A stretch of 64,000 nucleotides of DNA from Nitrosomonadales bacterium (GCA_016208015.1 JACQYW010000015.1:43903-107902); one strand, 5' to 3'; positions 38,723 to 49,758 are shown, numbered from the stretch's first letter. Notes: generated by a model from the sequence alone, not told the origin. Numbers and translations are program-made.

Positions 38723-39538
38723 ATGACTATCCCTAAACGCACCGTCATCTACGTGTCGGACGGCACCGGCATCACTGCCGAGACGCTGGGCCACGGCTTG
38801 CTCTCGCAGTTCGAGGGCATCGAATTCAAGCCCCTGCGTTTTCCGTTCCAGGATAGCGAAGACAAGGCCAGGGAGTGTGTGACACGTATCAATGAAGTGA
38901 CGCAGCGCGAAGGCGTGCATCCCATCGTCATCCTCACGCAGACCAACGCCGAACTCAGCGCCATCCTGCACCAAGCCGACGCCTTCTTCATCGACCTGTT
39001 CGATACCTTCATCGTGCCGCTGGAAAAGGAACTGGGCAGCCGCTACACCCGCGCCGTGGGCCGCTCTCACGGGCAGGCCAATCCGGAATACAACTCGCGC
39101 ATCGCCGCGATGAATTTCGCCCTGGCGCACGACGACGGCGTCTCGGATACCGACCTGAAGAGCGCCGACATCATCCTCGTCGGGGTATCGCGCAGCGGCA
39201 AGACGCCGACCAGTCTGTACCTCTCCCTGCAGTTTTCGCTCAGGGCCGCCAACTACCCGCTCATCCCGGAAGACTTCGAGCGCGGCCACCTGCCGTCGAG
39301 ATTGCAACCCTATCGCGACAAATTGTTCGGCCTCACCATCGATCCCGAGCAATTGCAGCGTATCCGCTTCGAGCGGCGCCCGAACAGCAAATATGCCTCG
39401 CTGGACAACTGCCGCTATGAAGTGGCGGCGGCGGAGAAGATGATGAAGCGCGAGGGCATCAAATGGTTCGACACCACCTCGCGCTCCATTGAGGAGCTGG
39501 CCGTGCAGTTGATGCAGGAACTCAAGCTCGAGCAGTGA
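38723..39538 (+). CDS. ppsR: PEP synthase regulatory kinase/pyrophosphorylase (DUF299)
   Basis: [31 protein letters not shown]. Confidence 0.93.
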   Translation: MTIPKRTVIYVSDGTGITAETLGHGLLSQFEGIEFKPLRFPFQDSEDKARECVTRINEVTQREGVHPIVILTQTNAELSAILHQADAFFIDLFDTFIVPLEKELGSRYTRAVGRSHGQANPEYNSRIAAMNFALAHDDGVSDTDLKSADIILVGVSRSGKTPTSLYLSLQFSLRAANYPLIPEDFERGHLPSRLQPYRDKLFGLTIDPEQLQRIRFERRPNSKYASLDNCRYEVAAAEKMMKREGIKWFDTTSRSIEELAVQLMQELKLEQ

Positions 39539-40469
39539 GTTCCGCGGGCGACGATTTGATGCCGTAGACTTCGTACAGTATCTCGACGAAGCGCCGCGCC
39601 TGCGGCGACAGGAAACGCCCCTTGCGCAGGACCAGTCCGTAACCGCGCTGCGGGAAATATTGCTTGAGCGGGATGCGCACCAGTTTTTCGCTTCCGGTGA
39701 GGCAGATGTCGGTGACGATGGAGATGCCCATGCCCAGTTCGACGTATTTCTTGATGACTTCCCAGCCGCCCGCTTCCAGTGTCACGGTGAACGTCAGGTT
39801 GTGCTGCTGGAACACGTATTTCACCATGCGCCAGGTCGAGAGGTGGCGCGGCGGCAGGATCAGACCGTAATGGCTGATGTCTTCCAGTGTGACGCTGGAA
39901 TGCTTGGCCAGCGGATGGTCCAGCGGCACGATGAGCGCCGGGTCGTAAGTCACCACCGGCTGGTAGGTGATGTCGTCGGGTACGTCCAGCATGGAACCGA
40001 CCACCAGATCGATATCGTCGGCGCGCAGCATCTTCAGGCCGTCGCGCCCGGTCTCGTTGTGGATCTTGAGCTGGATGCGCGGGTGGGCGCTGACGAAACG
40101 GCGCACCGCTTCCGGCAATATATAAAGAATGGTGGATTCGCCCGCGCCGATGTTCAGTTCGCCGGAATCCAGTTTGCCGTGCTGTGCGGCGAAGTTCTCT
40201 TCCAGGCCGTCTATCCCCTTTACCAGCGGTTCCGACAGCGCAAACAAAGACTCGCCATCAGGAGTAAGCTTGAGCACGGGGCCGCGTCTTTCGAACAAGG
40301 TCACCCCCAGTTCCCGCTCCAGCGCCTGGATCTGCAACGTCACCGACGGCTGGCTCAGGAACAAATGCTGGGCGGCCAGAGTCACACTGCCGGTGCGAAC
40401 GACTTCGCAGAACGCACGCATCTGTTTGAGTCTGTTGTTTTTGTAGTAGCTTTGTTTTTCAGTGTTCAT
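39522..40469 (-). CDS. LysR-family transcriptional regulator, divergent from the rnf/por operon
   Basis: [28 protein letters not shown]; LTTR substrate-binding domain. Confidence 0.92.
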   Translation of the reverse strand: MNTEKQSYYKNNRLKQMRAFCEVVRTGSVTLAAQHLFLSQPSVTLQIQALERELGVTLFERRGPVLKLTPDGESLFALSEPLVKGIDGLEENFAAQHGKLDSGELNIGAGESTILYILPEAVRRFVSAHPRIQLKIHNETGRDGLKMLRADDIDLVVGSMLDVPDDITYQPVVTYDPALIVPLDHPLAKHSSVTLEDISHYGLILPPRHLSTWRMVKYVFQQHNLTFTVTLEAGGWEVIKKYVELGMGISIVTDICLTGSEKLVRIPLKQYFPQRGYGLVLRKGRFLSPQARRFVEILYEVYGIKSSPAELTARA

Positions 40470-40697
40470 CCCGCCTCCCCGTGCCAGTACCGCGATTATT
40501 CATTTATTAATAGTAATGATTGAAACAATTGATTCGCGAAATGATTGTAGTTTGTTTAGTCTGCGTCCAACAAGAAAAACAGTAGAGACACAAGGGTGTA
40601 ATTGATTCACCTGGCGCTAGTGGGGCGTAAATAAGTGCAGCGATAGAGAGCCGGATTGCCGCGTTCTCTGCGCAAATTTATTGCAGCGGGGAGAGAC

Positions 40698-41582
40698 ATG
40701 AGTATTGTTTACAGCATTTTAGTCACAGGAGCCTTTATGGCCGGCCTCGGCGGCCTGCTGGCGATTCTGTTGGCTATTGCGAGCAAGAAGCTCTATGTCT
40801 TTGAAGACCCCCGTATCGAGCAAGTCGAAGAACTCCTTCCCCATTCCAATTGCGGCGCCTGCGGTACGGCAGGTTGCCATAACTTCGCCGAAAAGGCCGT
40901 CGCGGGCGAGATCGAGCCCGGCCGCTGCACGGTGAATACCCCCGACCAGAACAAGAACATCGCATCGTTGCTGGGTGTCGCCCTGGGCGATATCGAGAAA
41001 CGCGTGGCACGGTTGGCCTGCGCTGGCGGCAAGCATGTCGCCACGATGCGCGCCCAATACGCCGGACTTTCTTCCTGCCGCGCCGCGACCGTGGCAGGAG
41101 GCGGCGGCAAGAGCTGCGCCTGGGGTTGCCTCGGATTGGGCGATTGCGCCGACGTGTGCGATTTCGATGCCATCACCATGGATGTCCACGGTTTGCCGGT
41201 GGTCGACAGTGCCAAATGCACCGCCTGCGGCGACTGCGTCGATATCTGCCCGAAAGACCTGTTCTCGCTGCAAGTCATGTCGCATAAATTGTGGATGGCC
41301 TGCCGCAACGAAGAGAGCGATCCCGATGCCGCCGAAGCGGCTTGCGAAGTGGCCTGCACCGCCTGCGGGCGCTGCGTGGTCGACGGCGCTCCCGGCCTGA
41401 TCCATCTGGAACGCAATCTGGCCGTGATCGACTACGCCAAGAACGGGACAGCAAGCCGCGAGGCCATCGATCGCTGCCCCACCGGCGCCATCGTCTGGCT
41501 CGAGGGTGACCGCATCAGCAAAGGCAAAGCCGCAAAGAAAATCATCCGTATCGAACCATTACCTGCCACTACCGAGGCCTAG
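40698..41582 (+). CDS. rnfB: Rnf complex subunit B (polyferredoxin)
   Basis: N-terminal TM, LPHSNCGACGTAGC, CLGLGDCADVC, CTACGDCVDICP, CTACGRC...CPTGAI. Confidence 0.9.
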   Translation: MSIVYSILVTGAFMAGLGGLLAILLAIASKKLYVFEDPRIEQVEELLPHSNCGACGTAGCHNFAEKAVAGEIEPGRCTVNTPDQNKNIASLLGVALGDIEKRVARLACAGGKHVATMRAQYAGLSSCRAATVAGGGGKSCAWGCLGLGDCADVCDFDAITMDVHGLPVVDSAKCTACGDCVDICPKDLFSLQVMSHKLWMACRNEESDPDAAEAACEVACTACGRCVVDGAPGLIHLERNLAVIDYAKNGTASREAIDRCPTGAIVWLEGDRISKGKAAKKIIRIEPLPATTEA

Positions 41583-41590
41583 GGGGAATC

Positions 41591-44500
41591 ATGCTGAACA
41601 AACTCAAACAATTCAAATTGGCTGGCGCCGCTACCGGAGCCGATGGCAGCCGCACCAAATTCAAGTACCCCGGCACGCGCGATGCCATCGACGGCAACAC
41701 CGCCGTGATCATGGTGGAACGCGAAGCCTCGCAGGGCGCGGGCGCCTACCCCATCACGCCGTCCACGCAGATGGGCGAATACTGGGCGGAAGAAGTCGCC
41801 AAGGGCCACCTCAATACGGCAGGTCACCCGCTGATCTTCGTCGAGCCGGAATCCGAACACGCTGCTGCCGGTGTCACTGCCGGCATGTCGATGACCGGTC
41901 TGCGCGCGGTCAACTTCACTTCCTCGCAGGGTCTGGCCTTCATGCACGAATCGCTGTATGCCGCCGTCGGCAAGCGTCTGCCCTATGTGCTCAACCTCGG
42001 TTGCCGCGCCATCACCAAGGCCTCGCTGAACGTGCACTGCGCGCATGACGACTACCACTGTGCCGACGATACCGGTTTCATCCAGGTGATGGGCAAGAAC
42101 GCGCAGGAAGCCGCCGACCTCAACATGATCGCCCGCAAGACCGCCGAACTGGCGCTGACCCCGGCCATCGTGGCGCAGGACGGCTTTCTCACCACCCACC
42201 TGATCGAGCCGATGCAGGTGCCGGAACGCGAACTGATCGCCGAATATCTGGGCAATGCCGACGACCTCATCGACACCCCGACCCCCGCGCAGCAGATGCT
42301 GTACGGTCCCAAGCGCCGCCGCGTGCCGTCGAGCTGGGACGTGGACAATCCCATGCAGACCGGCGTGGTGCAGAACCAGGACGCCTACATGCAGGCCGTG
42401 GCCGCGCAGCGTCCGTATTTCTTCGACCATATCCCGGCGCTGTTCGACAAGAACGCGGAAGAGTTCCATGAACTGACTGGCCGCCGCTACAACCGTGTCG
42501 ATGCCTATCGTTGCGACGACGCCGACTACATCATCCTCGGCCAGGGCAGCATGACCGTGCAGGCCGCCGCCGTCGCCGACTGGCTGCGCGAGACGCGCAA
42601 GATCAAGGTGGGCGTGGTCAACATCACCATGTTCCGTCCTTTCCCCGGCGATCTGCTGGGCCAGGTGCTGAAAGGCAAGAAGGGCGTGGCCGTGCTGGAA
42701 CGCACCGACCAGCCGCTGTCGGAAGACCTGCCGCTGATGCGCGAAGTGCGCTCCACCATCACCAAATGTGTAGAGAATGCGCGCGAGAATTCCTATGCCG
42801 ATTACGCCTGCTACGAGAGCGCCAAGGACATGCCGTCGCTGTACTCCGGCTGCTACGGTCTGGGTTCGCGTGACCTGCAACCGGAAGGCCTGATCGCCGC
42901 CGTCGAAAACATGCTGCCCGGCGCGGCGCACCGCAAGTTTTACTATCTGTCCGTCGACTTCGTGCGCGACGAATCCGCCAATCCGAAACAGGAGATCCGC
43001 CAGCAGGAACTGCAGACCGCCTATCCCGGCATCAAGGCGTTGGCGCTGCGCGGCTCCGAGAATCCCAACCTGTTGCCCAAGAACGCCATCGCCGTGCGCA
43101 TGCACTCCATCGGCGGCTGGGGCGCGGTGACCACCGGCAAGAACCTGGCGATGACGCTGTTCGAACTGCTGGGCTGGGACATCAAGGCCAATCCGAAATA
43201 CGGTTCCGAGAAGAAGGGACAGCCGACCACCTATTATCTGTCCGCCGCGCCCGAGCCCATCCGCATCAACTGCGAATACACCAACGTCGACGTGGTGCTG
43301 TCGCCGGACCCGCAAGTGTTCGGCCACACCAATGCGCTGGAAGGCATGAAAGAGGGCGGCGTGTTCATCATCCAGAGCAATCTGGACAGTGCGGAAGCAG
43401 TATGGGAGACCTTCCCCATGCGTACCCAGCAATACATCGTCGACAAGAAGATCCGCGTGTTCTACCTCGATGCGTTCAAGATCGCGCGCGAGGAGTCGAG
43501 CAATGCCGACCTGCAGTTGCGCATGCAGGGCAACGCCTTCCAGGGTGCGTTCTTCCATGCCTCCGACGTGAAGGACCGTGCCGGTCTGAGCGAAGAGACA
43601 TTGTTCACCGCCATCGAGAATCAGCTCGAATCCAAGTTCGGCAAGAAGGGCAAGCGCATCGTCGATGACAACCTGCGCGTGGTGCGCCGCGGTTATGAGG
43701 AGATGTTCGAGATCAAGCCGGAGCAGATGAAGGTAGGCCAGCGCGCCAAGGTCGTGGGCAAGCCGGCTCCCGCGCTGCCCGTCATGCTGAAGCAACTGCC
43801 GGAAGGCGACGGCGGTCTCTCCGACATCCACCGTTTCTGGGAACAGACCGGCAGCTTCTACATGAAGGGCCAGGGTTCCGACAACCTGGTCGATCCGTTC
43901 ATGGGGCTGTCCGTCATCCCGGCCGTGACCGGTGTGTATCGCGACATGACGGGTGTGCGTTTCGAACATCCCGAGTGGAACGCGGAGAACTGCACCGCCT
44001 GCGGCGAATGCTTCACGCAATGCCCGGACAGCGCTATCCCCGGTCTGGTCTCGACCACCACCGATGTGCTGAATACCGCCATCCAGAACATCGAGATCGG
44101 CGGGCGTCCGACGCGTTTCCTGCGCAAGTTCAGCCGCGTCATCGACAAGAAATTGCGCAACGCGCTGGACAAGGACGGACTCGATGTGCGCGCGCTGCTG
44201 GCCAACGCCATCACCGAGGCGTTCGCGGAAGACCCGACCCAGGGTGACGACCGCGGCCGTCTGGAAGCGGAACTGAATCTGCTGCGCGAAGCGATCGGCG
44301 GCTTCAAGTTCGCCACGACCAAACCGTACTGGAACCAGAAAGAGAAGAAGGAGAAGGGCGCCGGCGGCCTGTTCTCCATCACCGTCAATCCCTATACCTG
44401 CAAGGGCTGCGCCTTGTGCGTGGAAGTGTGCGACGACGATGCGCTGAAGATGGTCACGCAGACCAAGGAGAGCATCGAGACGCTGCGCGACGACTGGAAC

Positions 44501-46522
44501 TTCTGGCTCGACCTGCCGACCACGCCGCCGCAATACAGCCGCATCGACGACCTGGACGAGAAGGTCGGCGCGCTGGAAACACTGCTGCTGGACAAGCACA
44601 ACTACCAGTCGCTGGCCAGCGGCGACGGTGCCTGCCTCGGTTGCGGCGAGAAGGGCACCATCCACCTGTTCACCAGCACGGTCACCGCGCTGCAGCAGCC
44701 GCGCGTGAAGAAGTTCCTCGGCAAGCTGGATACGCTGATCTCCGGTCTGGAGAACCATATCCGCACGAAGCTGAGCAGCTCGGTCGACCTGACCGACACG
44801 CAGGCGCTCATGCAAGCCGTGCAGGCGCACAGCGGGCACGATCTGACACTGGCCAACCTGTCGGAAAGCCTGTTGCAGAAACATCCGGGCCAGCCTATCG
44901 ATCCGCAATGGCTCAAGCGCGTGAGCCAGATGCTGGAGAAACTGAAGGACCTGCGCTGGCGTTATATGGAAGGCCCGAGCAAGAAGGGGCGCGCCGAGAT
45001 GGGTATCGTCAACTCGACCGGTTGCACCTCGGTGTGGGCATCCACTTTCCCGTTCAATCCCTACCCCTTCCCGTGGACATCGCACCTGTTCCAGGATTCG
45101 CCCTCGGTGGCGATGGGCGTGTTCGAAGGTCACATGGCCAAGATGGCGGAAGGTTTCAAGACCGTGCGCCAGGCCGAGAAAGAACTCGCGGGCGGATATG
45201 AGCCTGCCGAGAGCGACGACTTCTTCGCCCGCTTCAACTGGGAGCAGTTCAGCGAGGAAGAATGGCATCTGTGCCCGCCGGTCGTGGCGATGGGCGGCGA
45301 TGGCGCGATGTTCGACATCGGCTTCCAGAACCTGTCGCGCGCCCTGATGTCGGGCAAGCCGGTCAAGATCCTGATCGTCGACACGCAGGTGTATTCCAAC
45401 ACCGGCGGCCAGGCTTGCACCTCCGGCTTCATCAGCCAGGTGGCAGACATGTCGCCCTACGGCGCAAGCAAGCACGGCAAGACCGAGAAGCGCAAAGAGA
45501 TCAGCATCATCGGCATGGCTCACCGCACCTCGTTCGTGGCGCAGGGCGCGCTGTCCAACACCACGCACCTGCTGGAGAGCTTCATCGACGGCATCAACAG
45601 CCGTCACCCGGCATTGTTCAACGTGTACGCGGTATGCCCGCCGGAACACGGCGTCGGCGACAACAGTGCGGTGGCGCAAAGCAAGATGGCGGTGGAATCG
45701 CGCGCCTTCCCGCTGTTCCGCTACAACCCCGATCTGGGCGTGACCTTCTCCGAATGCGCCACGCTCGAAGGCAACCCGTCACTGGATGCCGACTGGCCGA
45801 CCTACAAGCTCGAGTATGCGGACGAGAGCGGCAACAAGCAGACGATGATGCTGCCGATGACCTTCGCCGATTTCGCGCTGAGCGAAGGACGTTTCGCCAA
45901 ACAGTTCAAGAAGGCGCCGCCGGAGACCTGGAACGACGACATGGTGCTGCTGGGCGATTTCCTCGAGCTGTCCGAGGACGAGCGCGAGGGCAAGTTCCCC
46001 TTCATCTGGTCGGTGGACAAGAAGAACCGCCTGATGCGCGTGCTGACCTCGGTGGAGATGGTGCGTGCCTGCGAGGAGCGTCTGCAGTTCTGGCACCAAC
46101 TGAAGGATGTGGCCGGTGTTGGCCGGGCCCGGGTCGGTGCAGTCGACGAAACGGCCATCGCCAACCGCGTGCGCCAGGAGCTTATCCAGAAGCTGTCTTC
46201 CGGTCTGGGCATCAGCTCCAGCGATGCGCCACAAGCAACCGCGGCCGCGTCACCCGCGGCAGCTGCGGGCGGTTACGAGGCCGTGTACGTGGACACACCG
46301 GAATGCACCGCCTGCGACGAATGCATCAACATCAACCCGAAAGTGTTTGCCTACAATGAAACGAAAAAAGTCGTTGTGCTCGACCCGAAGGCGGGCAGTT
46401 ATCTGGATCTCGTCAAAGCGGCGGAAAAGTGCACAGCCGGCATCATCCATCCCGGCACGCCCTGGAACATGAGCGAGGCGAATCTGGACAAACTGAAAGC
46501 GCGTGCGGCCAAGTTCAACTGA
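41591..46522 (+). CDS. por: Single-chain pyruvate:ferredoxin/flavodoxin oxidoreductase (1643 aa) with extra C-terminal ferredoxin domain
   Basis: YPITPST, CRAIT, CTACGECFTQCP, CKGCALCVEVC, GACLGCGE, TGC, GGDGAMFDIG...YSNTGGQ (TPP site); C-terminal CTACDEC...C. Confidence 0.92.
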   Translation: MLNKLKQFKLAGAATGADGSRTKFKYPGTRDAIDGNTAVIMVEREASQGAGAYPITPSTQMGEYWAEEVAKGHLNTAGHPLIFVEPESEHAAAGVTAGMSMTGLRAVNFTSSQGLAFMHESLYAAVGKRLPYVLNLGCRAITKASLNVHCAHDDYHCADDTGFIQVMGKNAQEAADLNMIARKTAELALTPAIVAQDGFLTTHLIEPMQVPERELIAEYLGNADDLIDTPTPAQQMLYGPKRRRVPSSWDVDNPMQTGVVQNQDAYMQAVAAQRPYFFDHIPALFDKNAEEFHELTGRRYNRVDAYRCDDADYIILGQGSMTVQAAAVADWLRETRKIKVGVVNITMFRPFPGDLLGQVLKGKKGVAVLERTDQPLSEDLPLMREVRSTITKCVENARENSYADYACYESAKDMPSLYSGCYGLGSRDLQPEGLIAAVENMLPGAAHRKFYYLSVDFVRDESANPKQEIRQQELQTAYPGIKALALRGSENPNLLPKNAIAVRMHSIGGWGAVTTGKNLAMTLFELLGWDIKANPKYGSEKKGQPTTYYLSAAPEPIRINCEYTNVDVVLSPDPQVFGHTNALEGMKEGGVFIIQSNLDSAEAVWETFPMRTQQYIVDKKIRVFYLDAFKIAREESSNADLQLRMQGNAFQGAFFHASDVKDRAGLSEETLFTAIENQLESKFGKKGKRIVDDNLRVVRRGYEEMFEIKPEQMKVGQRAKVVGKPAPALPVMLKQLPEGDGGLSDIHRFWEQTGSFYMKGQGSDNLVDPFMGLSVIPAVTGVYRDMTGVRFEHPEWNAENCTACGECFTQCPDSAIPGLVSTTTDVLNTAIQNIEIGGRPTRFLRKFSRVIDKKLRNALDKDGLDVRALLANAITEAFAEDPTQGDDRGRLEAELNLLREAIGGFKFATTKPYWNQKEKKEKGAGGLFSITVNPYTCKGCALCVEVCDDDALKMVTQTKESIETLRDDWNFWLDLPTTPPQYSRIDDLDEKVGALETLLLDKHNYQSLASGDGACLGCGEKGTIHLFTSTVTALQQPRVKKFLGKLDTLISGLENHIRTKLSSSVDLTDTQALMQAVQAHSGHDLTLANLSESLLQKHPGQPIDPQWLKRVSQMLEKLKDLRWRYMEGPSKKGRAEMGIVNSTGCTSVWASTFPFNPYPFPWTSHLFQDSPSVAMGVFEGHMAKMAEGFKTVRQAEKELAGGYEPAESDDFFARFNWEQFSEEEWHLCPPVVAMGGDGAMFDIGFQNLSRALMSGKPVKILIVDTQVYSNTGGQACTSGFISQVADMSPYGASKHGKTEKRKEISIIGMAHRTSFVAQGALSNTTHLLESFIDGINSRHPALFNVYAVCPPEHGVGDNSAVAQSKMAVESRAFPLFRYNPDLGVTFSECATLEGNPSLDADWPTYKLEYADESGNKQTMMLPMTFADFALSEGRFAKQFKKAPPETWNDDMVLLGDFLELSEDEREGKFPFIWSVDKKNRLMRVLTSVEMVRACEERLQFWHQLKDVAGVGRARVGAVDETAIANRVRQELIQKLSSGLGISSSDAPQATAAASPAAAAGGYEAVYVDTPECTACDECININPKVFAYNETKKVVVLDPKAGSYLDLVKAAEKCTAGIIHPGTPWNMSEANLDKLKARAAKFN

Positions 46523-46547
46523 TATGAAATTGCATATTCAAATCGAC

Positions 46548-46673
46548 CGTCATTCCGGCGCAGGCCGGAATCCAGGTGATTCAATATCTCCCGCGCAGCG
46601 GGACAAAGCCTTGGTTTCGTCCGCTTCGCGGAGGTATTTTTCTGGCTGGATACCGGCCTGCGCCGGTATGACG
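46548..46673. repeat. 126-bp palindromic REP-like element between por and rnfC
   Basis: CGTCATTCCGGCGCAGGCCGGAATCCAG / CTGGATACCGGCCTGCGCCGGTATGACG (28-bp IR, 2 mismatches), plus an inner stem. Confidence 0.8.
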
Positions 46674-46700
46674 AAGTTTTGTGCGAATGATTGAATTGGG

Positions 46701-48047
46701 ATGAATATGCGACTGCCCTTCTTCCATCGCGCGGCGACCTTTGAGCACGGTATCCATCCGGACTACCACAAGGAGACCGGGAGCCTGCCGATCAAGCGCC
46801 TGGCTTTTGCGCCGCGCCTGATCGTGCCGCTGTCGCAGCACATCGGCAAACCTGCCGTGTGTTGCGTCAGCGTGGGAGAAGAAGTTTTGCGCGGCCAGGT
46901 CATCGCGACGGCGGATGGTTTCGTCTCGCTGCCCGTGCATGCCCCGGCGACCGGTGTGGTGGAAGCCATCGGCGTGATGCCCGCAGCCAACGGCAAGATG
47001 GTGGATTCCATCACCCTCCGCGTGTACGAGGCCGACAGCCAGCAAGTGCAGGTGAGCGCTCCGCGCGATATCGAAGCGATGGACAAGAAGGAACTGCTGG
47101 CCGCGATCCAGAGCACCGGCATCTCCGGTCTGGGCGGCGCGACCTTTCCCGCGCACGTGAAGCTCAGCGTGCCGCCGGATGTCGTGATCGACACCATGGT
47201 CGTCAACGGCGCCGAATGCGAACCCTTCCTGACCTGCGACCACCGCATCATGGTGGAGCGCACCAAGGACCTGATCCGCGGCATCCGCATCGCGATGAAG
47301 GTCAGCGGTGCGCCGCGCACCATCATCGGTGTCGAAGACAACAAGCCGGATGCCATCGCCGCGATCCGGGCGGCATTGCCCGCCGACGGCACGATCACGG
47401 TGCAGGCGCTGGAGACCAAATATCCGCAGGGCGCGGAAGACACCATCATCTACGCGCTGCTCGGGCGCGAGATCCCCGCCGGTCAGCGTCCTGCCTCCAT
47501 CGGCGTGCTGGTGAACAACGTGATGACGCTGGCTTATCTGGGTCGCCTGCTGCCCGCGGGCGAAGGCATCGTCGAGCGCGTGCTCACCGTGGCCGGTCCC
47601 GGCGTGGAAAAGCCCGGCAACTACATCGTTCCCATCGGCACCCCGTTGCGCTTCCTGCTCGAACAGGTCGGTGCAAAGAGCAGCGCGCAGGAGATCATCC
47701 TCGGCGGGCCGATGATGGGCATGACCATCTCGTCGCTGGACGTGCCGGTGACCAAGGGCACTTCCGGTGTACTCGCCTTCGGCAAGGGCGAATTGCAGGA
47801 GGAAACGCCGCGCGTCTACGCCTGCATCAAGTGCGGCGAATGCCTCAAGGTGTGCCCGAAGTTCCTCAATCCCTCGCAACTCGGCTTGCTGGCGGCCAAG
47901 CGCGAATATGCCGAGATGGCCGAGCGCTACAACCTGGACCGCTGTTTCGAGTGCGGCTGCTGCAGCTACGTCTGCCCGTCGCATATTCCGCTGGTGCAAC
48001 AGTTCCGCATCGCCAAAGCGGTCAATAGAGAGAAAGCCTCAGCATGA
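46701..48047 (+). CDS. rnfC: Rnf subunit C
   Basis: PLSQHIGKP, GLGGATFP, NGAECEPFLTCD, KYPQGAE, GGPMMG, CIKCGEC, CFECGCCSYVCPS. Confidence 0.95.
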   Translation: MNMRLPFFHRAATFEHGIHPDYHKETGSLPIKRLAFAPRLIVPLSQHIGKPAVCCVSVGEEVLRGQVIATADGFVSLPVHAPATGVVEAIGVMPAANGKMVDSITLRVYEADSQQVQVSAPRDIEAMDKKELLAAIQSTGISGLGGATFPAHVKLSVPPDVVIDTMVVNGAECEPFLTCDHRIMVERTKDLIRGIRIAMKVSGAPRTIIGVEDNKPDAIAAIRAALPADGTITVQALETKYPQGAEDTIIYALLGREIPAGQRPASIGVLVNNVMTLAYLGRLLPAGEGIVERVLTVAGPGVEKPGNYIVPIGTPLRFLLEQVGAKSSAQEIILGGPMMGMTISSLDVPVTKGTSGVLAFGKGELQEETPRVYACIKCGECLKVCPKFLNPSQLGLLAAKREYAEMAERYNLDRCFECGCCSYVCPSHIPLVQQFRIAKAVNREKASA

Positions 48048-49084
48048 GCATGGAACTCCGTACCTCCCCGCATCAAATAAGCGACCGCAGCGTCGAACGC
48101 ATCATGAAGCACGTGGTGCTGTCGCTGCTGCCGGTCTGCGGATTCTCGATCTGGCAATACGGCCTGTCGGCACTGGCGCTGTTGCTGACCGTGACCGCGA
48201 CCTGTCTTGCCACCGAGCGCCTGCTCAATCGTGCCGCCAGCCAGCCGAGCACGCTGAACGACTGGAGCGCCACCATCACCGGCGTGCTGCTGGCGCTGAC
48301 GCTGCCGCCCGCGTTCCCGCTGTGGATGGCGGTCGTCGCCGGTTTTGTCGCCATCGCCATCGGCAAGGCGCTGTTCGGCGGACTGGGCTTCAACGTGTTC
48401 AACCCGGCGCTGATCGGCCGCGCTTTCGTGCAGGCCGCTTTCCCGGTCGCCATCACCACCTGGGTCCCGGCGTTCTCGGCGCAACGCTTCAGCGAGTTCG
48501 TACCGACCACGCTGACCGCGCCGCTGATGATGCCGCCCGATATCGTCGAATGGATCAAGCTGCAAGCCGTCGATGCCTTCACCGGCGCGACGCCGCTGGC
48601 GCGCTGGAAGTTCGAGAACGTGGTCGCCTCTTCCTATGACTTGCTGACCGGTGTCGTGACCGCTTCCGCAGGCGAGACCTCGGCCATCCTCATCCTGTTG
48701 TGCGGCGCTTACCTCGCCGCACGCAAATTCATGGACTGGCGCATCCCGGTGGCGGTGCTGGCTTCGGCTGCACTCACCGCGTGGATGTTCCAGCTGTACG
48801 ACCCGACCCACTACCCCGCACCGAGCTTCGTGCTGCTCTCCGGCGGTCTGATGCTGGGCGCGGTGTACATGGCGACCGACATGGCGACCTCGCCGGTGAC
48901 GCCGCTGGGTGTGTGGATCTACGGCGCGGTGATCGGCGTGGTGACGGTGATGATCCGTTATTTCGGCGGCCTGACCGAGGGGGTGATGTACGCCATTCTG
49001 CTCGGCAACGCGCTGACCCCGTTCATCGACCTGTACACGCAGCCGCGCGTGTTCGGGACCCGCCAGCAAGGGAAGAAAAAATGA
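48044..49084 (+). CDS. rnfD: Rnf subunit D
   Basis: SPH, FGGLGFNVFNPA, DAFTGATPL (FMN-Thr), GETS, MATD. Confidence 0.95.
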   Translation: MSMELRTSPHQISDRSVERIMKHVVLSLLPVCGFSIWQYGLSALALLLTVTATCLATERLLNRAASQPSTLNDWSATITGVLLALTLPPAFPLWMAVVAGFVAIAIGKALFGGLGFNVFNPALIGRAFVQAAFPVAITTWVPAFSAQRFSEFVPTTLTAPLMMPPDIVEWIKLQAVDAFTGATPLARWKFENVVASSYDLLTGVVTASAGETSAILILLCGAYLAARKFMDWRIPVAVLASAALTAWMFQLYDPTHYPAPSFVLLSGGLMLGAVYMATDMATSPVTPLGVWIYGAVIGVVTVMIRYFGGLTEGVMYAILLGNALTPFIDLYTQPRVFGTRQQGKKK

Positions 49085-49758
49085 GCGAGCCGACCCAAGT
49101 TCAAGTGACGCCAAGCGGCAAGATGATCGCCACCATGGCGCTGGTCGCCAGCATCTGTGGCGTGCTCATCGTCGGCGCCTTCGAGGGCACGCAGGATGCG
49201 ATCGCCGAGAACAAACGCATCATGCTCGAGCGCGCCGTGTTCAAAGTGTTGCCCGGAGCGGCGAGCGTGCGTGAATACGCCGCGACGAGCGCCGGTATCC
49301 GGCAGCTGGCAGCGGGCGCAGCCTTGCCGGAAGGCGGCGTGAAGTTCTATGCCGCTTACGACCAGGCCGGTGTGCTGAAAGGTGTCGCCGCCGAAGCCGC
49401 CGGCAAGGGTTATGCCGACGTGGTGCGCGTGCTTTACGGTTATGACGCGGAACGCCAGGTCATCATCGGGATCGGCGTGGTGTCCATGCGCGAAACACCG
49501 GGCATCGGCGACAAGATCATCACCGACCAAGCGTTCCTGAAGAACTTCGAGGCATTGGATGTGCGCGTGAATGCCGAGCTGACGGCGCTGGCCAATGCGG
49601 TGAAAGTCGTCAAGCACGGCAGCAAGACCGATCCGTGGCAGATCGATGCCATCGCCGGTGCGACGGTGACTTCCAAAGCGGTCGGTCGCGGCATCAACGA
49701 CAGCGCGCAGAAACTGCTGCCGCTGCTGGTCCCCCATATCGCGGAGTTGAAATCATGA
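49081..49758 (+). CDS. rnfG: Rnf subunit G
   Basis: N-terminal TM, GKGY, ETPGIG, IDAIAGATVTS (FMN site). Confidence 0.93.
   Translation: MSEPTQVQVTPSGKMIATMALVASICGVLIVGAFEGTQDAIAENKRIMLERAVFKVLPGAASVREYAATSAGIRQLAAGAALPEGGVKFYAAYDQAGVLKGVAAEAAGKGYADVVRVLYGYDAERQVIIGIGVVSMRETPGIGDKIITDQAFLKNFEALDVRVNAELTALANAVKVVKHGSKTDPWQIDAIAGATVTSKAVGRGINDSAQKLLPLLVPHIAELKS

Noticed and set aside
41579-45679. 1366-aa antisense ORF opposite por
   Set aside because: In-register shadow of a GC3-rich gene; no recognisable motifs, while the sense strand is an unambiguous PFOR.
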